This document shows positions 1-11,655 of a stretch of 64,000 bases of DNA, in pieces. The position numbers and the translations under genes are program-made. The notes below the pieces were generated by a model. The model saw only the letters and a program-made list of their open reading frames with translations. It was not told the origin of the DNA and did no database searches. Numbering within the stretch: the first letter of the stretch is position 1; the number at the start of each line of letters is the position of its first letter. This DNA is from Felis catus (lineage: Eukaryota), in assembly GCF_018350175.1 (NCBI RefSeq), contig NC_058374.1, forward strand, positions 89,528,001 to 89,592,000, given 5' to 3'.

Positions 1-200
1 CACAGCAAGAGACTGTTTTTCTGTATCTCTTTTAACAGCCTTATTTTGTCCTGCATTGATGATTTGTTCATTACCTTGTTCAGTCTGGATATTTAAATGG
101 CCGTGTTTATTGCCAAGGCCTCATATGGAACTTTCACATAGTGTTTCATGCTCTTCTAACAGCTCTGGTCCCTCTTTGTTTTCCGGTGTGTTCTTTGTAG

Positions 201-381
201 AATGTGAGCCAATAGAAGCGATAGCCAAGTTTGACTACGTTGGGCGATCCGCCAGAGAACTGTCCTTCAAGAAGGGCGCCTCCCTGCTGCTGTATCACCG
301 CGCGTCTGAGGACTGGTGGGAAGGAAGACACAATGGCATTGATGGGCTCGTGCCTCATCAGTACATAGTGGTGCAGGATAT
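201..381 (+). CDS. SRGAP1: SRGAP1 internal coding exon, SH3 domain ([13 protein letters not shown]...HQYIVVQDM), 181 nt
   Basis: Translation matches the recalled srGAP1 SH3 domain; acceptor ttctttgtag|, donor |gtgagt; CTAAC branch-point-like motif at 156-160; phase matches next exon. Confidence 0.97.
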
Positions 382-835
382 GTGAGTAGTGCCAGCTTCT
401 ACTGCCAAGTGTTCCCATCAGACGATTCCAGCCACTGTCCTTAAACTGACCTTGGTCTTTCAGGAACAGAGCAGAAGGGATCGCAGAGCCCAGACCTCTG
501 AGCTGGGAACAGTTCTTTGCCTTGCTATTGGGTCTTTGCTAACGGTCCTTCAGGACCAGCAGGTTTTTCATTTTGTAAACACCACCAGGAGGTTTGGAGC
601 AAAGGCTAGGGAGAGATGCCTTTTGAAACTTTCAGGCTCTTAGAAGAATAATCCTTGCAGAGAATAGCTTTAAGAGCTGTAGTAACCACTGCTAGTTCCA
701 AAACCAGAGGTTATCATCTCTTGCTGTCTGACCACTGTTTCAATTCACATTCCCCAGAGGGAAGATACTGACCTAAAGTCTAAAGAGAATCATCTCCAGC
801 CTTCTTCTTCTTTTTTTTTTTCAATATTGCTGTAA

Positions 836-1212
836 TTTTTTTAATGTTTGTTTATTTATTTTGAAAGAGAAAAGAGAAAGAGTGCAAGCAGAGGAGAGGC
901 AGAGAGAGAGGGAGAGAATCCCAAGCGGGCTTCAGGCTGTCAGCACAGAGCCTGACATGGGGCTTGATCTTGGGAACCATGAGATCATGACCTGAGCTGA
1001 CCAACTGAGCCACCGCTGCACCCCTGCTATAATTTTTTGGGAGGTTTATTTATTTATTTTGGGGATGGGGGACAGAAAGAGAGGGAGAGAGAGCCAAGCA
1101 GGCTCTGCACAGAGCCCAGTAGTGCAAGGCTTGAGCTCACAAACCATGAGATCATTACCTGAACCAAAATCCAGAGTCGGATGCTTAACCACCTGAGCCA
1201 CCCAGGCACCCC
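836..1212 (-). mobile_element. Two tandem Can-SINEs (836-1024 and 1036-1212)
   Basis: Reverse-complement tRNA-like heads, AG-rich tracts, T tails; shared TSD motif tgct(g/a)taattt. Confidence 0.9.
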
Positions 1213-1860
1213 TTAATATTGCTATAATTTAAAAATATTTAAAGAGATGAGAAGATGCTTATAACGTATTAAGTAAAAGAAACAGGTTGCAAAATTATAT
1301 GTACAATATAATTCCTATTTTGTGAATATATTTCCTAGTACAGCAATTTAAGAGCAGTTTTTCAAGGGAAAGAGAAATATACCACATGAAATGCCTATTA
1401 TGATTAAATCATTCAACCTAATTTTAGAGATGTTAAAATGTGTCTCGGAATCCAAGAAATGTGCATTTTATACAGACATGCAGTGATATATATCTAAGCC
1501 ACATAAACATATAAGTAACTATAGTATAAATACCATACATATATATGCAGACATCATAGATATGTACCCATATCTATGGGTACTATACTATACTATTTCT
1601 ATACTATAAAAAGTATAGAAGGATATTTTCTAAAGTTCTAGCAGTAGTTGTGTCTGGTTGTTACGTCCTATTATGGGTGATTGTGATACTGCTCTTTTTT
1701 GTATATCTGAATCTTCTAGTTTACCAATGAAACTGTATTATTTTTATAATGAAAAAGTCGTGTTGGTAAGAAAGACTTATAATACGTAAATGCCATCACT
1801 TATTTTTTTGTTCCCATTCATCTAGCAAAAGACCCTCACTCTTGCTTCTCATTGTTTCAG

Positions 1861-1995
1861 GGATGATACGTTTTCAGACACTCTGAGCCAGAAAGCTGAC
1901 AGTGAGGCCAGCAGTGGGCCAGTCACTGAAGACAAGTCTTCATCCAAGGACATGAACTCCCCAACAGACCGTCACCCTGACGGCTATTTAGCCAG
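1861..1995 (+). CDS. SRGAP1: SRGAP1 coding exon (DDTFSDTLSQKADSE...DGYLAR), 135 nt
   Basis: Acceptor attgtttcag|, donor |gtaggt; continues the frame and matches recalled srGAP1. Confidence 0.96.
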
Positions 1996-2132
1996 GTAGG
2001 TGGAATCTGATCATCAAGCTCCTGAACCTCCACTTTTCCAAGGACTTTGAGCAGCCACAGGACCCGCAGCTTTGTGGTATTACCCAGTGTGATAAGCTCT
2101 CCTATTTTCTCTCTCTTTTTGTGTATGTCTAG

Positions 2133-2472
2133 ACAGAGAAAAAGAGGAGAACCACCCCCTCCAGTAAGGCGTCCTGGCAGGACCAGCGATGGCCATTGTC
2201 CCCTCCACCCCCCACATCCTCTTTCCAACTCCTCCGTTGACCTGGGGTCCCCAAACTTGGGCAGTCACCCCCGGGGCCTGCTGCAGAACCGTGGCCTCAA
2301 CAATGACAGTCCTGAGAGGAGACGCCGGCCCGGCCATGGGAGCTTGACCAATATCAGCCGACACGACTCCCTCAAGAAGATCGACAGTCCTCCTATTAGA
2401 AGGTCCACATCATCAGGGCAATACACAGGCTTCAATGACCATAAGCCATTGGACCCAGAGACGATCGCTCAG
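2133..2472 (+). CDS. SRGAP1: SRGAP1 penultimate coding exon (QRKRGEPPPP...LDPETIAQ), 340 nt
   Basis: Pyrimidine tract plus tctag|, donor cag|gtagga; matches recalled srGAP1 C-terminal region. Confidence 0.96.
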
Positions 2473-4039
2473 GTAGGATGCATTTAATGGAATGGTGCAT
2501 GCTGTGTACCTGGAGTATGACGAAGGAGGTATGCAGGATTTCCTTTTTGTAGCCGTGTTGTTTTGTACAGAACCAGCTAAAGAAAACAAAAGAAATGAGC
2601 TCCTTCTTTAAAGCCTGACTAAGGGTCTCTTTAGAAGAACCATTTGTTACTGGAAGGACCCAAGTGATCAGGTTCATATTGATTTAAACAGAAACATGGC
2701 AGAAATGTAGGACCCATGGCATTTAAACACATCATTGCTAAGTAGTTAGAAAAGTCTGGAAAAGAATAATAATGAAGAAGGACCGGCCCTACTGGATCCT
2801 GAATGCGTGCCAAAGATAATAAAATAGACAAATTCATAGAAAGAATGGAGAGCCCAGAAATAAATAAATGTTAGTGTATGATAAATATGACCCTTTCAAC
2901 TTAAGACAAACAATGGATTAGTCAATAAATAAATGGAGAAATAATGGTTAGCTGTTTGAAGAATATCAAGTCTGAATCCTATGTCATTGTTTACTTCTCA
3001 ACAGTTAGTACAGAGGACTTTGTAGTTTTTTTTAATGATTAAAATTGACAGAGTGAGGGTGAAACAAAATTAATGGCTTTTCCATCATTCTGCCATTTTT
3101 CCTCTAGTGTTTTTTTTTTCCCCCAGCATAGGCCACCAGAAAATATGGTTAACACCAATGACAAAAGAGGTGAATAGATTCAGGGTTTGCCATTTTAATC
3201 TAAAGCATCTTCTATCTATCTGAAGCTTAAAGGCGAACTAAATTAATCAAAAAAGAGAGTGAATGAGAAAAAAATGAAACAAACATGGGGAAGTATTTAA
3301 AATGGATTATTTTTAATAGAGTATCCAAGGAGACCTGCACTGATGTGACAAATTTCCAAGCTATTTTCACTGTCCTAACTAAAGAAAATTTTGGATATAA
3401 ATTAGATTGTGAGGGGTTTAATGTGGTTTTTAAAAATTAAACCAATTTTAAATGTACAACAGTTTCTCGGTAAAAATCAAAAAGACTTGACCTTTTGGTT
3501 TTTTCTCTGTTTGAAGTACCATACAGGGCCCGTTGAGATCTATACAGAACCAGCGATATTTGATTACAGCTGAGTTTAACGATTTGAGAAATCTGTAACT
3601 TCACTGCTTATAATAAGCAGGTGAAACAGGATGTAGGGAGTTAGGAGCTTGGGGGTGGGAAGGCATAACAACATCTATTTAACCCTTTTGCTTCTAGAAC
3701 CAAGAAATCCTTTTATTGTAAATCATCAAAACAGAACTCAACAGATAAACCAGGCTCTCTGCGATCTCTCTGGGGCAAATACTTGTGTAAAAAAAAAAAA
3801 AATCCATATGTTTAGCATCAAATAGAAATCACATATGAAAATAATCACTTAGAAAGTGATGTCATCCTCACAAAATGGCCTCCAGCTGTGTCCTTTATTT
3901 CTCTTTCCATCTCATCTTCAGATTTTCCCATGAGAACAAGTAAGCCCGCCATCATGGCGTTCATACCAAAAACATGCAGATTCTCTTATTAAACAAATCA
4001 GTGGAGTCCCTGATGGGGCTTGTTTTAAAACGACAGTAT

Positions 4040-4230
4040 CCATATGTGGTCACTGTATCTTGGTTTATTCGTTAAGCAAACCTTTATTGAGCACTTACTG
4101 TGCGCCAGGTCCTGTGCTAGGCTTTATGAAGCAACGTTAAATCAATAGCCAGCTGCTTTCCAAAGGTGCTGACAAGCCTGTGAGGGAGATGGGTATGGAA
4201 ATCAATTACCATTACGCAGCGCCGTAAGGG
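4040..4230 (-). mobile_element. L2 3'-end fragment
   Basis: tttattgagcacttactgtgcgccagg...tgtgctagg motif. Confidence 0.6.
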
Positions 4231-4263
4231 TTATGCTCCAGGTGAGCGAAAGAAGCCCTGGGA

Positions 4264-4442
4264 GGGGCGCCTGGGTGACTCAGTCGGTTGAGTGTCCAAC
4301 GGATCTCTCGGTTCGTGAGTTTGAGCCCCGCATTGGGCTCTGTGCTGACAACTCAGAGCTTGGAGCCTGCTTCAGTTTCTCTCTCTCTCTCTCTCTCTTT
4401 CAAAAATAAATAAACAGTAAAAAATTAAGCAAACAAAAAAAA
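4264..4442 (+). mobile_element. Can-SINE
   Basis: ggggcgcctgggtg head, CT tract, A tail, TSD a(g/a)aagccctggga. Confidence 0.9.
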
Positions 4443-4544
4443 GCCCTGGGAGAGTAGAGAATAGACATGTCAGTCAGGCTAGGGCAGTGGTTCTTCACCC
4501 CGTCTGTCTCAGACAACACTCCGCCTTTGGGGTTTGCGTATACG

Positions 4545-4940
4545 AAAAATCACATGATGTAAAATTGTCCATCTTAACCATTTTTAACTCTAGAGTTCAG
4601 TAAACTATATTCACATTTTATGAAACAGATCTCCAGAACTTTTTCATCTTGGAAACCTGAAAACCTATACCCACTGAAGAACAACTCTCCTCTCTCCCCT
4701 CCCCCTCAACCTCTGGCCACCGCCATTCTACTTTCTGCTTCTATGAGTGGGGGACTACCTCATATAAATGAATCAGGCAGTGTTTGTCTTTTTGTGACTG
4801 GCCTCTTATTTCACTTAACATAACGTCCTCAAGCATTATCCGTATCGTACCGTGTGGCAAGATGTCCTTCTTCTTTAAGGCTGAATGATATTCCATTGAC
4901 GTATATACCACATTTGGCTTCTCTATTCATCCATCAGTGG
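4545..4940 (-). mobile_element. Old L1 (L1M-type) 3'UTR fragment
   Basis: ctccagaactttttcatctt and aatgatattccattg motifs. Confidence 0.65.
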
Positions 4941-5206
4941 AGCACAGTCTACTTTTTTGAAACATGTTTTGTAATTCCCTCTTTACCATCTGAAATACAT
5001 TGATAGATGATATACCTAATTTGAAAAAAACATATGAAGCTCTAAATATAATATAAAAAAACAAGGAAATATTAAAACAATTAAATGTATTTCAGTTAAT
5101 GCTTGACTACACTGGAAAACAATGGACGTAGTAAGGTGCTTTCATCCACATATATAATCCATATAAATCTCATATAAATACAACAATTAAAAATGTGTTT
5201 TGATCA

Positions 5207-5693
5207 GGGCACCTGGGACGCTCAGGAGGTTAACATCCAACTCTTGATTTTGGCTCAGGTCATGATCTCACAGTTCATGGGATCGAGCCCCGCATTGGGC
5301 TCTGTGCTAACAACGTGGAGCCTGCTTGGGATTCTGTCTCCCTAGCTTGCACTCCTTCTCTCCGCCTCAAAATAAATAAATAAACATTTTAAAAATGCAT
5401 ATTGATGTAAGAGACGGGGCCTGGGCTCAGGTTATCGTAAACAGAATTTTTACCTACATGAATGTCTGAAGGACATTCAAAAGTTGAAGAAGGGGTGCCT
5501 GGGTGGCCCAGTTGATTGAGTGTCCAACTCTTGATTTCAGCTCAGGTCACGATCCCAGGGTTGTGGGATCGAGCCCCGCGTCGGGCTCCGTGCTGATCGT
5601 GGAGCCTTCTTAGGATTCTCTCTCTCTCCCTCCGCCCCTGTCCCCTGCTCATCCTCTCTCTTTCAAATTAAAAAAAAACAAGAACCAAAAAAA
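5207..5693 (+). mobile_element. Two Can-SINEs (5207-5395 and 5492-5693)
   Basis: SINE heads, caggtcatgatc core, CT tract, A tails. Confidence 0.9.
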
Positions 5694-6373
5694 ACGGCAA
5701 ACAAGATGTGGGATAATTCATTGCATATAAACTATCCAGGACACTGCAAGCTATCTAGTATACACGACCTCTGCCCACCAAGTGCCAATAATGCCACCCC
5801 TTTATTGTGACATTTAAACACACACACACACACCATATCACATAAATGCCCTCCTGCAGGGCGGAACCTCTTCCAGTGAGACCATCGGACAGGAGCATCA
5901 GGGGAAAGCCTAAACTGAATTTTGAAGAACTGCTAGGAATTAGCCAAGTACGTAGTAAGTGCCCAAAATTATTTGTTAAATCAGTGAAAGAAGCCTGGTT
6001 TTCAATCCCATTCCCATTTATTTCTTGAGAAACTGTAGCAGTGTCTAAATTGAAGCTGTCTTTTGCCATAAGCTGGAATAGAATTCTGTATAATCAGCAC
6101 GTAAGGTGGAAATCACCAGAAGGCTACCTAGCACCTTAGAACGGCAGATGTCTGATACACGGCTGCAGGCACCGTGCCATCTTGGTCTCCTGAACATGCA
6201 GAGCCTAAACAGTCATGTGAGATGCCATCATCATGCGTATACGTTCCACAGACTGTGAACTTAACACACGATTGCTTTTGCTGGCCTGTCTGCTTTGAGC
6301 TGAAGTGTGTGTGCTTCTATACGTTAGTGCGAACTTATCAGTCTGTTCTGCCTCTCTGGTGATTTGTCAACAG

Positions 6374-6751
6374 GATATTGAAGAGACGATGAACACTGCT
6401 TTGAACGAACTCCGAGAACTGGAGAGACAGAGTACCGCAAAGCACGCCCCCGATGTGGTGCTGGACACCTTGGAACAAGTGAAGAACGCGCCCACCCCCG
6501 CCACGTCCACAGAGTCTCTCAGCCCTTTGCACAACGTTGCCTTCAGGAGCTCCGAGCCTCAGATCCGACGCAGCACGAGCTCCTCCAGCGACACAATGAG
6601 TACTTTCAAGCCTATGGTGGCACCCAGGATGGGTGTGCAGCTAAAGCCCCCAGCCCTTCGGCCAAAACCTGCCGTTCTTCCAAAAACAAACCCTACCGTG
6701 GGACCGGCCCCACCTTCCCAAGGTCCAACAGACAAGTCTTGCACGATGTAA
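6374..6751 (+). CDS. SRGAP1: SRGAP1 last coding exon (DIEETMNTALNEL...TDKSCTM-stop)
   Basis: Acceptor caacag|; characteristic srGAP1 C-terminus; TAA at 6749-6751. Confidence 0.97.
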   Translation, partial: DIEETMNTALNELRELERQSTAKHAPDVVLDTLEQVKNAPTPATSTESLSPLHNVAFRSSEPQIRRSTSSSSDTMSTFKPMVAPRMGVQLKPPALRPKPAVLPKTNPTVGPAPPSQGPTDKSCTM

Positions 6752-9700
6752 ACTCCAGATGAGCAAGGTCCTGTGGGGCGGTGATTTAAGAAACAAAACA
6801 AAACAAAAAACGGATCATTGACAAAAGTCAGTGATCCTTAACTTTCCTTAGTTTTGTGCTTATAACTGGAGATTTTTGGCTTTTCTATGTTCTTGAATGT
6901 AATGTCGGAGACTAGCTAAATTAACACGGGCATTTGTATTTTGTAATTTTCTTCCTTTTTTCTTAGTAACTGGACATATGTCATTTTAAAGACAATAGAA
7001 ACACTTAGATTTACTTGAAAATCCAATGCTGCACCATTTGTCACGAAGGCCACACCACTCTGCTCTCCGCGTCGTTCGGCGCTTCAGGTTTAGTGTAGCC
7101 TGGGTGAGTCGGAAATGTCTGGATCCAAAGGCACAAGCGTCTGAAGTCGCAGGCCGTGGAGTATAACCAGTGTTGGTCTGTGGCGCTTGGGGGGAATGGC
7201 TGGAAAGTGGTAACGGCATTGTTGGGTAGCTGACAGCGAGTACCTCTGAGTCCGTGCAGTGGGACGAGGTCCCACTCGTGCCCAGGCTTGCAGTTGTCAC
7301 GGTGGGACGTGCCCGGTGGGACTCTCAGCCCACTGCCTGAATGAGTTGCATGGTTGCCCCTTTCATACGAGTCACTTCCCTGGGTCCAGATTAAAAGCTC
7401 AGAGGAAGGGGTCGGACCCTCTGCAGTTACTTCTTGAACGGAACCTAGAAAAGGGCAAAGCTAATCCTCCAGAGCTATCGATGTGACTCCTTCCTCAAGC
7501 CTGGTCAGGCCCCCGAAGACTTCCAGGTCCGTCCTCTGCATTCACAAAGGACTAGAACAGTCTAATTGTAAAGACTTCCTGGTTATACTCCTCCACAAGT
7601 TCCTTCAGAGGTCTGTTACAAACTGCCTAGAAAATACTTCCAGCTCCCCTAAACCCCTGTGTTCTCCTGTGGAAATGGAGAACGCGGGCAGCACACAAGT
7701 CCTTGGTTCGCTCAGCCTTCTCTCCCGACTAAATGACCTCGGTTCCTTTAAACCCGATACAGAGGCTTGATGACCCTAAGGTGACTCCCCAGCTCTCCTC
7801 TCCCATTGGCCTCTTGGAGCCAACCAAGAACTGGCTGTGGTACTGGAGTAAGAGCCATGCTGGCCAAGGTGGGGGGGGGGGGGGGGTCACATGGTTCCAG
7901 GAGGAGTTCCTTCCAATTTTGCACCCTGGAACCATGACTTTTTTCTTTCCTTTCCAGGTGGTCTCAACATAACCCAGATAGTCAGGTGAGCTCCGTAAGG
8001 TACCCTCTTTCTCTGACATCCTGGCACAGAAATCATTTTCTCTGTGTTTTCCCACTGTCTTAAAAAGGTTGCTTTGAATTCAGTTGTTTTTACTAAGGTA
8101 CAAATCACCACTTCTGCCCAGCAGCAGCTTATATCGTGTGTAAACCTATGAGCATGTTTTCTGCTCTGACCTTGAACTTAAAGAGAATTTTTTTTTTTTT
8201 TTTAGATAAATGGGTGGCCCAGAACTAACTCCTCTCGACCACCATTGATTTCCTTCTAGCTTTGGTTTCAAACTGGAAGCCATTTGCCTGCCCACCTAAG
8301 AGTTGCACAGTATGGACTTGAATCTGTTAGCCCGCTGGTGAATGCCTCAGGCAGGAAAGAATGAGGATCTGTACTAGAATATCAAGATCATTCCTGGGAT
8401 CTCTCCCTCAGTTTGCCAGTCTAATCGTTGTAATGCAGAGAGAGATTAAATTAATGACGTAGGGTTACCTTTCAAAGTCACACTTCTGATTGCCAACCAG
8501 TGGCCTAATTCCACAAATGGATTGAATCGAGATTTTTTTTCCAAGTATCCAGGTATGGTAAGCTTTTAAATCTTTGAGGTTTCTGAAGCATCCGTTTTGC
8601 CCATTGTGAAAACGATGCCCAGTTCAGCATCTTCTCTACCCCCCTGCCATTTCCCTTGAGCTTTAGTGGTCCTTCATCAACTTTAGACACCATGGAGACT
8701 CAGCCAGGATTGAGCTCTGAGTAGCACTAACCCTTTTAAACAATCTTCCCAAATTCCTAGGAAATTGAAACCTTGCTGAATAACCTCCCAGTTCTTTCCA
8801 GAGTCCGCTTGGGTTTCTAGTTCTCTGCTGCTAGATGGGGAAACAGAAGCCGAGAATAAAGATGGAAGTAATGGAGGAGGAGACTTTAAATCTTCTAGAA
8901 ATTGAAATGAAAAGGATTGTTAAAAACGGTTTTTCCATCGATGGTGCAAGAGTAAGATGTAAACAGAGGGTTTCAAAAGGGCAGAGGGGTGTCTTCTACA
9001 AGTTTTAACTTAGATCTTACTCCTACAAGTTCATGTCTTCAGATTTCTCCCTGGCAGTCCTGCCCAGACTCTCCCCTCTTCAGTGTTTACACCGCTGATG
9101 AAATGAGGGTTGCCTTTCCAACCACCAAATTAGGATTCTGCTCCCTTAGGTGGCTGCTCTGGGGCCTCAGAGGCTGTGCCTTCTTGCAGGAAATTTCTAA
9201 TGCTCCCCCATCACTGCCTTACCCATCTCTCTCTCTTCTCCCTATACCCCTGTGACACCTTGAGGCCTTCTTTCTTTTTTTTTTTTTGTTTTTTTTTCCA
9301 GTCTTTTTTATTTGTTCCAATTCCCATAGAAGGACATGACCTCACAGGGAATAAGGATTCACCTATTCTTTCTTTGTTTTGGTAAAAGTCTTCAGATTCC
9401 CGGGAAAAGACAAGGTGGCCACTTCACAGAGGATCCAAAATAACACCCTGAAAGCTCATTAAAAGCTTCTGGTGCATTCGCCTGGTGCATGGCCTTCTCT
9501 ACAGCCACACATCTAGTGGGGAGGAGGAAGCATGCAAAGGGTGGGGAGGAAAGGAAGAATCCTTGAGATGTTACGCCCCCAGTTTCAAGGATCATATTGT
9601 TCTTCGTTCACAGTTTGGCAAGGGGGTCATTTTGATGATGGGCAGACGATGGTTCTACAAAGATGATCAGACTCCACTTATGCAAGAATATATATTCACA

Positions 9701-11655
9701 GCTGATATAACTCTGTTCATGTCCCATCCATAGAACTCACTAAGTAGGCTTACAAGTTGACCTTTTGGTTTGGGTCAGGGGTATTGGGAAAGGACTGATT
9801 AATAAGAGAGAGAAAAGGTACTCCGTACACATTTTCTGATGCGTGTTCTGTAAATTATTTGAACCAGTCCAGTGGCCCTTTGCAGAGCTCTGTATTCATG
9901 TTCAGGGTCAGCGCTATCGGTCAACCGTTTTGCACGTTTTCACACAACATAATCTGACTTTGGTGCCCCTTGAGCCATCCATAGAATAATTTAGAGCAGG
10001 CTCCCACTTAATCTACTGCAGGAAGCATGAATAGCTCTCAGCCGATGTAGAGCGAACGAGTCACATTGTATTAACCGAGTTTTCTTTGTACTCTTGCCAT
10101 TCCCAAAATGGGCTTATAATTTAAGGAAAAGATAAGAGTGGGAAGGATTGTGGTCTCCCCAGCATTTGGGAATGACACGAGGTCTACAAAATGAAGAAAC
10201 TTTAATGTGATAAGTACAGCCTCTAAAATTCAAAAAGCCCACACTGTATGTTAAGCAACTGGAATTTAAAAGCTTAAAAAAAAAAAAAAAAAAAGTAAAG
10301 AGCCCATAGGTCTATTGAGGATTTAGAAGACTTCAGATTTGGGATCGCATTCATTCTCGTCCTGACCACAGTAGTGAGACACCGTAAAAGTGGGAAAAGC
10401 ACTCGGATGAGCCTTGCTCTGAGTTGCCCATCGCTGAGGCCACAGTCCCGGAGCAACTTAGATGCAAAGGCTCATCCGTGTGTACAATAGAGCTCCCTAC
10501 TCCAGACAGTCCCCTGAGCTGAAAACCAAACCTCCAGCTGGGCTGAGGTGTCAGGCTTGGTGCAGGGTGACTTTGGCACCCCTTTATTCAGATCAGTAAA
10601 ACAAACTGGAAATTGAGATTTCACTTACCCTAGTATACTTTCTTTAAAAAAAAATAGTCTATGTGGTATAATCGAGATGGGTACCTGTATCTTTAAATTA
10701 CGTAGGGACTTTTGTATGTTTAAATAATTGTACCGGGTTCCATAATGCTTATCTTAGAAACTGTTTAGTAAAAGAAAATATATAAACCGTGCATTTGTGA
10801 ATGCCCCCTTTAGAGCATTCATCCAAGTTCAGTGTGTAGTGTGATGGTTATTATAGATGTTTAAAGTATAGTAAGTGGCTGTGTAACAGGAGAGACTGCT
10901 AAAATTTACCTACGGAATTAAGGGTAACTCCTGCCCACGTAATTAAATCAGTATTGTCCTTTCCTGTCGGTTTGATCAATTGCAGTACTGGTAGCTTCCT
11001 GCTTGTGACTGTTACTAATCGTGTCAATGTACATCTGTAGTATGTACATGTGAAAGTGCCTTTCTATTTTAGAGGAGTTTTAGCCTTGCTCTTTACTGTC
11101 ACCCCATCCACCCCTCCACTCTTGCGTCTGGCCCCCCTGCCCCAATTCCTACCGCCCCATCGAGCGCCCCGTCCACCCTTCCACTCCTGCTCCCGGCCCC
11201 CCTGCCCCAATTCCTACTACCTATCTGAGCGGAAACTTCCTCCACGCTCTCCCTGCTTCTCTGTGTCCCGTCCTGTGCCTCGGTGCTCAGTATCGTCCGT
11301 CTTGCATCCTTGTCCGTCATCAGACTGTCTCGTTTTGCTGGTAGCCGTGACTGTGCCTTTCCCGTCCACAGTGTCCCTGTGTCCTCCCTCCCGCTGTCTC
11401 TCTAGCTGCTGCAGCCCACGTGTCACCTGTGATCTGTGCTGCCTCCGTTACAGTTCCTCAGCTCTGAGGCGGAAATTTGGGGGGATGCTTTTACAGTTCT
11501 GGAAGAAAAGAAATGTTTTGTTAATCTGTTGTGACAATGCACTTTTATGTATAGTACTGTACATTTTGGCATGTACCATTCCAGGCTTCAATATACAGTC
11601 AGGTCTGTTCTTCATGGTGTATCTTTATAATAAATAAGATAGTTCTGGCTGCCTT
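6752..11655 (+). other. SRGAP1: SRGAP1 3'UTR (~4.9 kb, main form)
   Basis: SINE-free sequence from the stop codon to AATAAA at 11629 with upstream TGTA motifs and a downstream GT/T-rich element; 3' end inferred. Confidence 0.7.
11629..11634 (+). terminator. Polyadenylation signal of SRGAP1
   Basis: AATAAA preceded by several TGTA (CFIm-type) motifs and followed by tttgtct/gtggtgtttt. Confidence 0.7.

Noticed and set aside
2047-2132. N-terminal extension of ORF 2047..2487, or retention of the 137-nt intron
   Set aside because: The sequence is intronic; retention meets TAG immediately after the donor (ag|gtag), and 137 is not a multiple of 3.
7871-7886. G16 homopolymer in the SRGAP1 3'UTR as an RNA G-quadruplex
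   Set aside because: G4 formation is possible, but homopolymer length is unreliable in assemblies and there is no supporting context.
11050-11637. 195-aa ORF in the SRGAP1 3'UTR
   Set aside because: GTG start and a low-complexity P/S/C-rich product of a C-rich, stop-poor tract; no recognisable domain.
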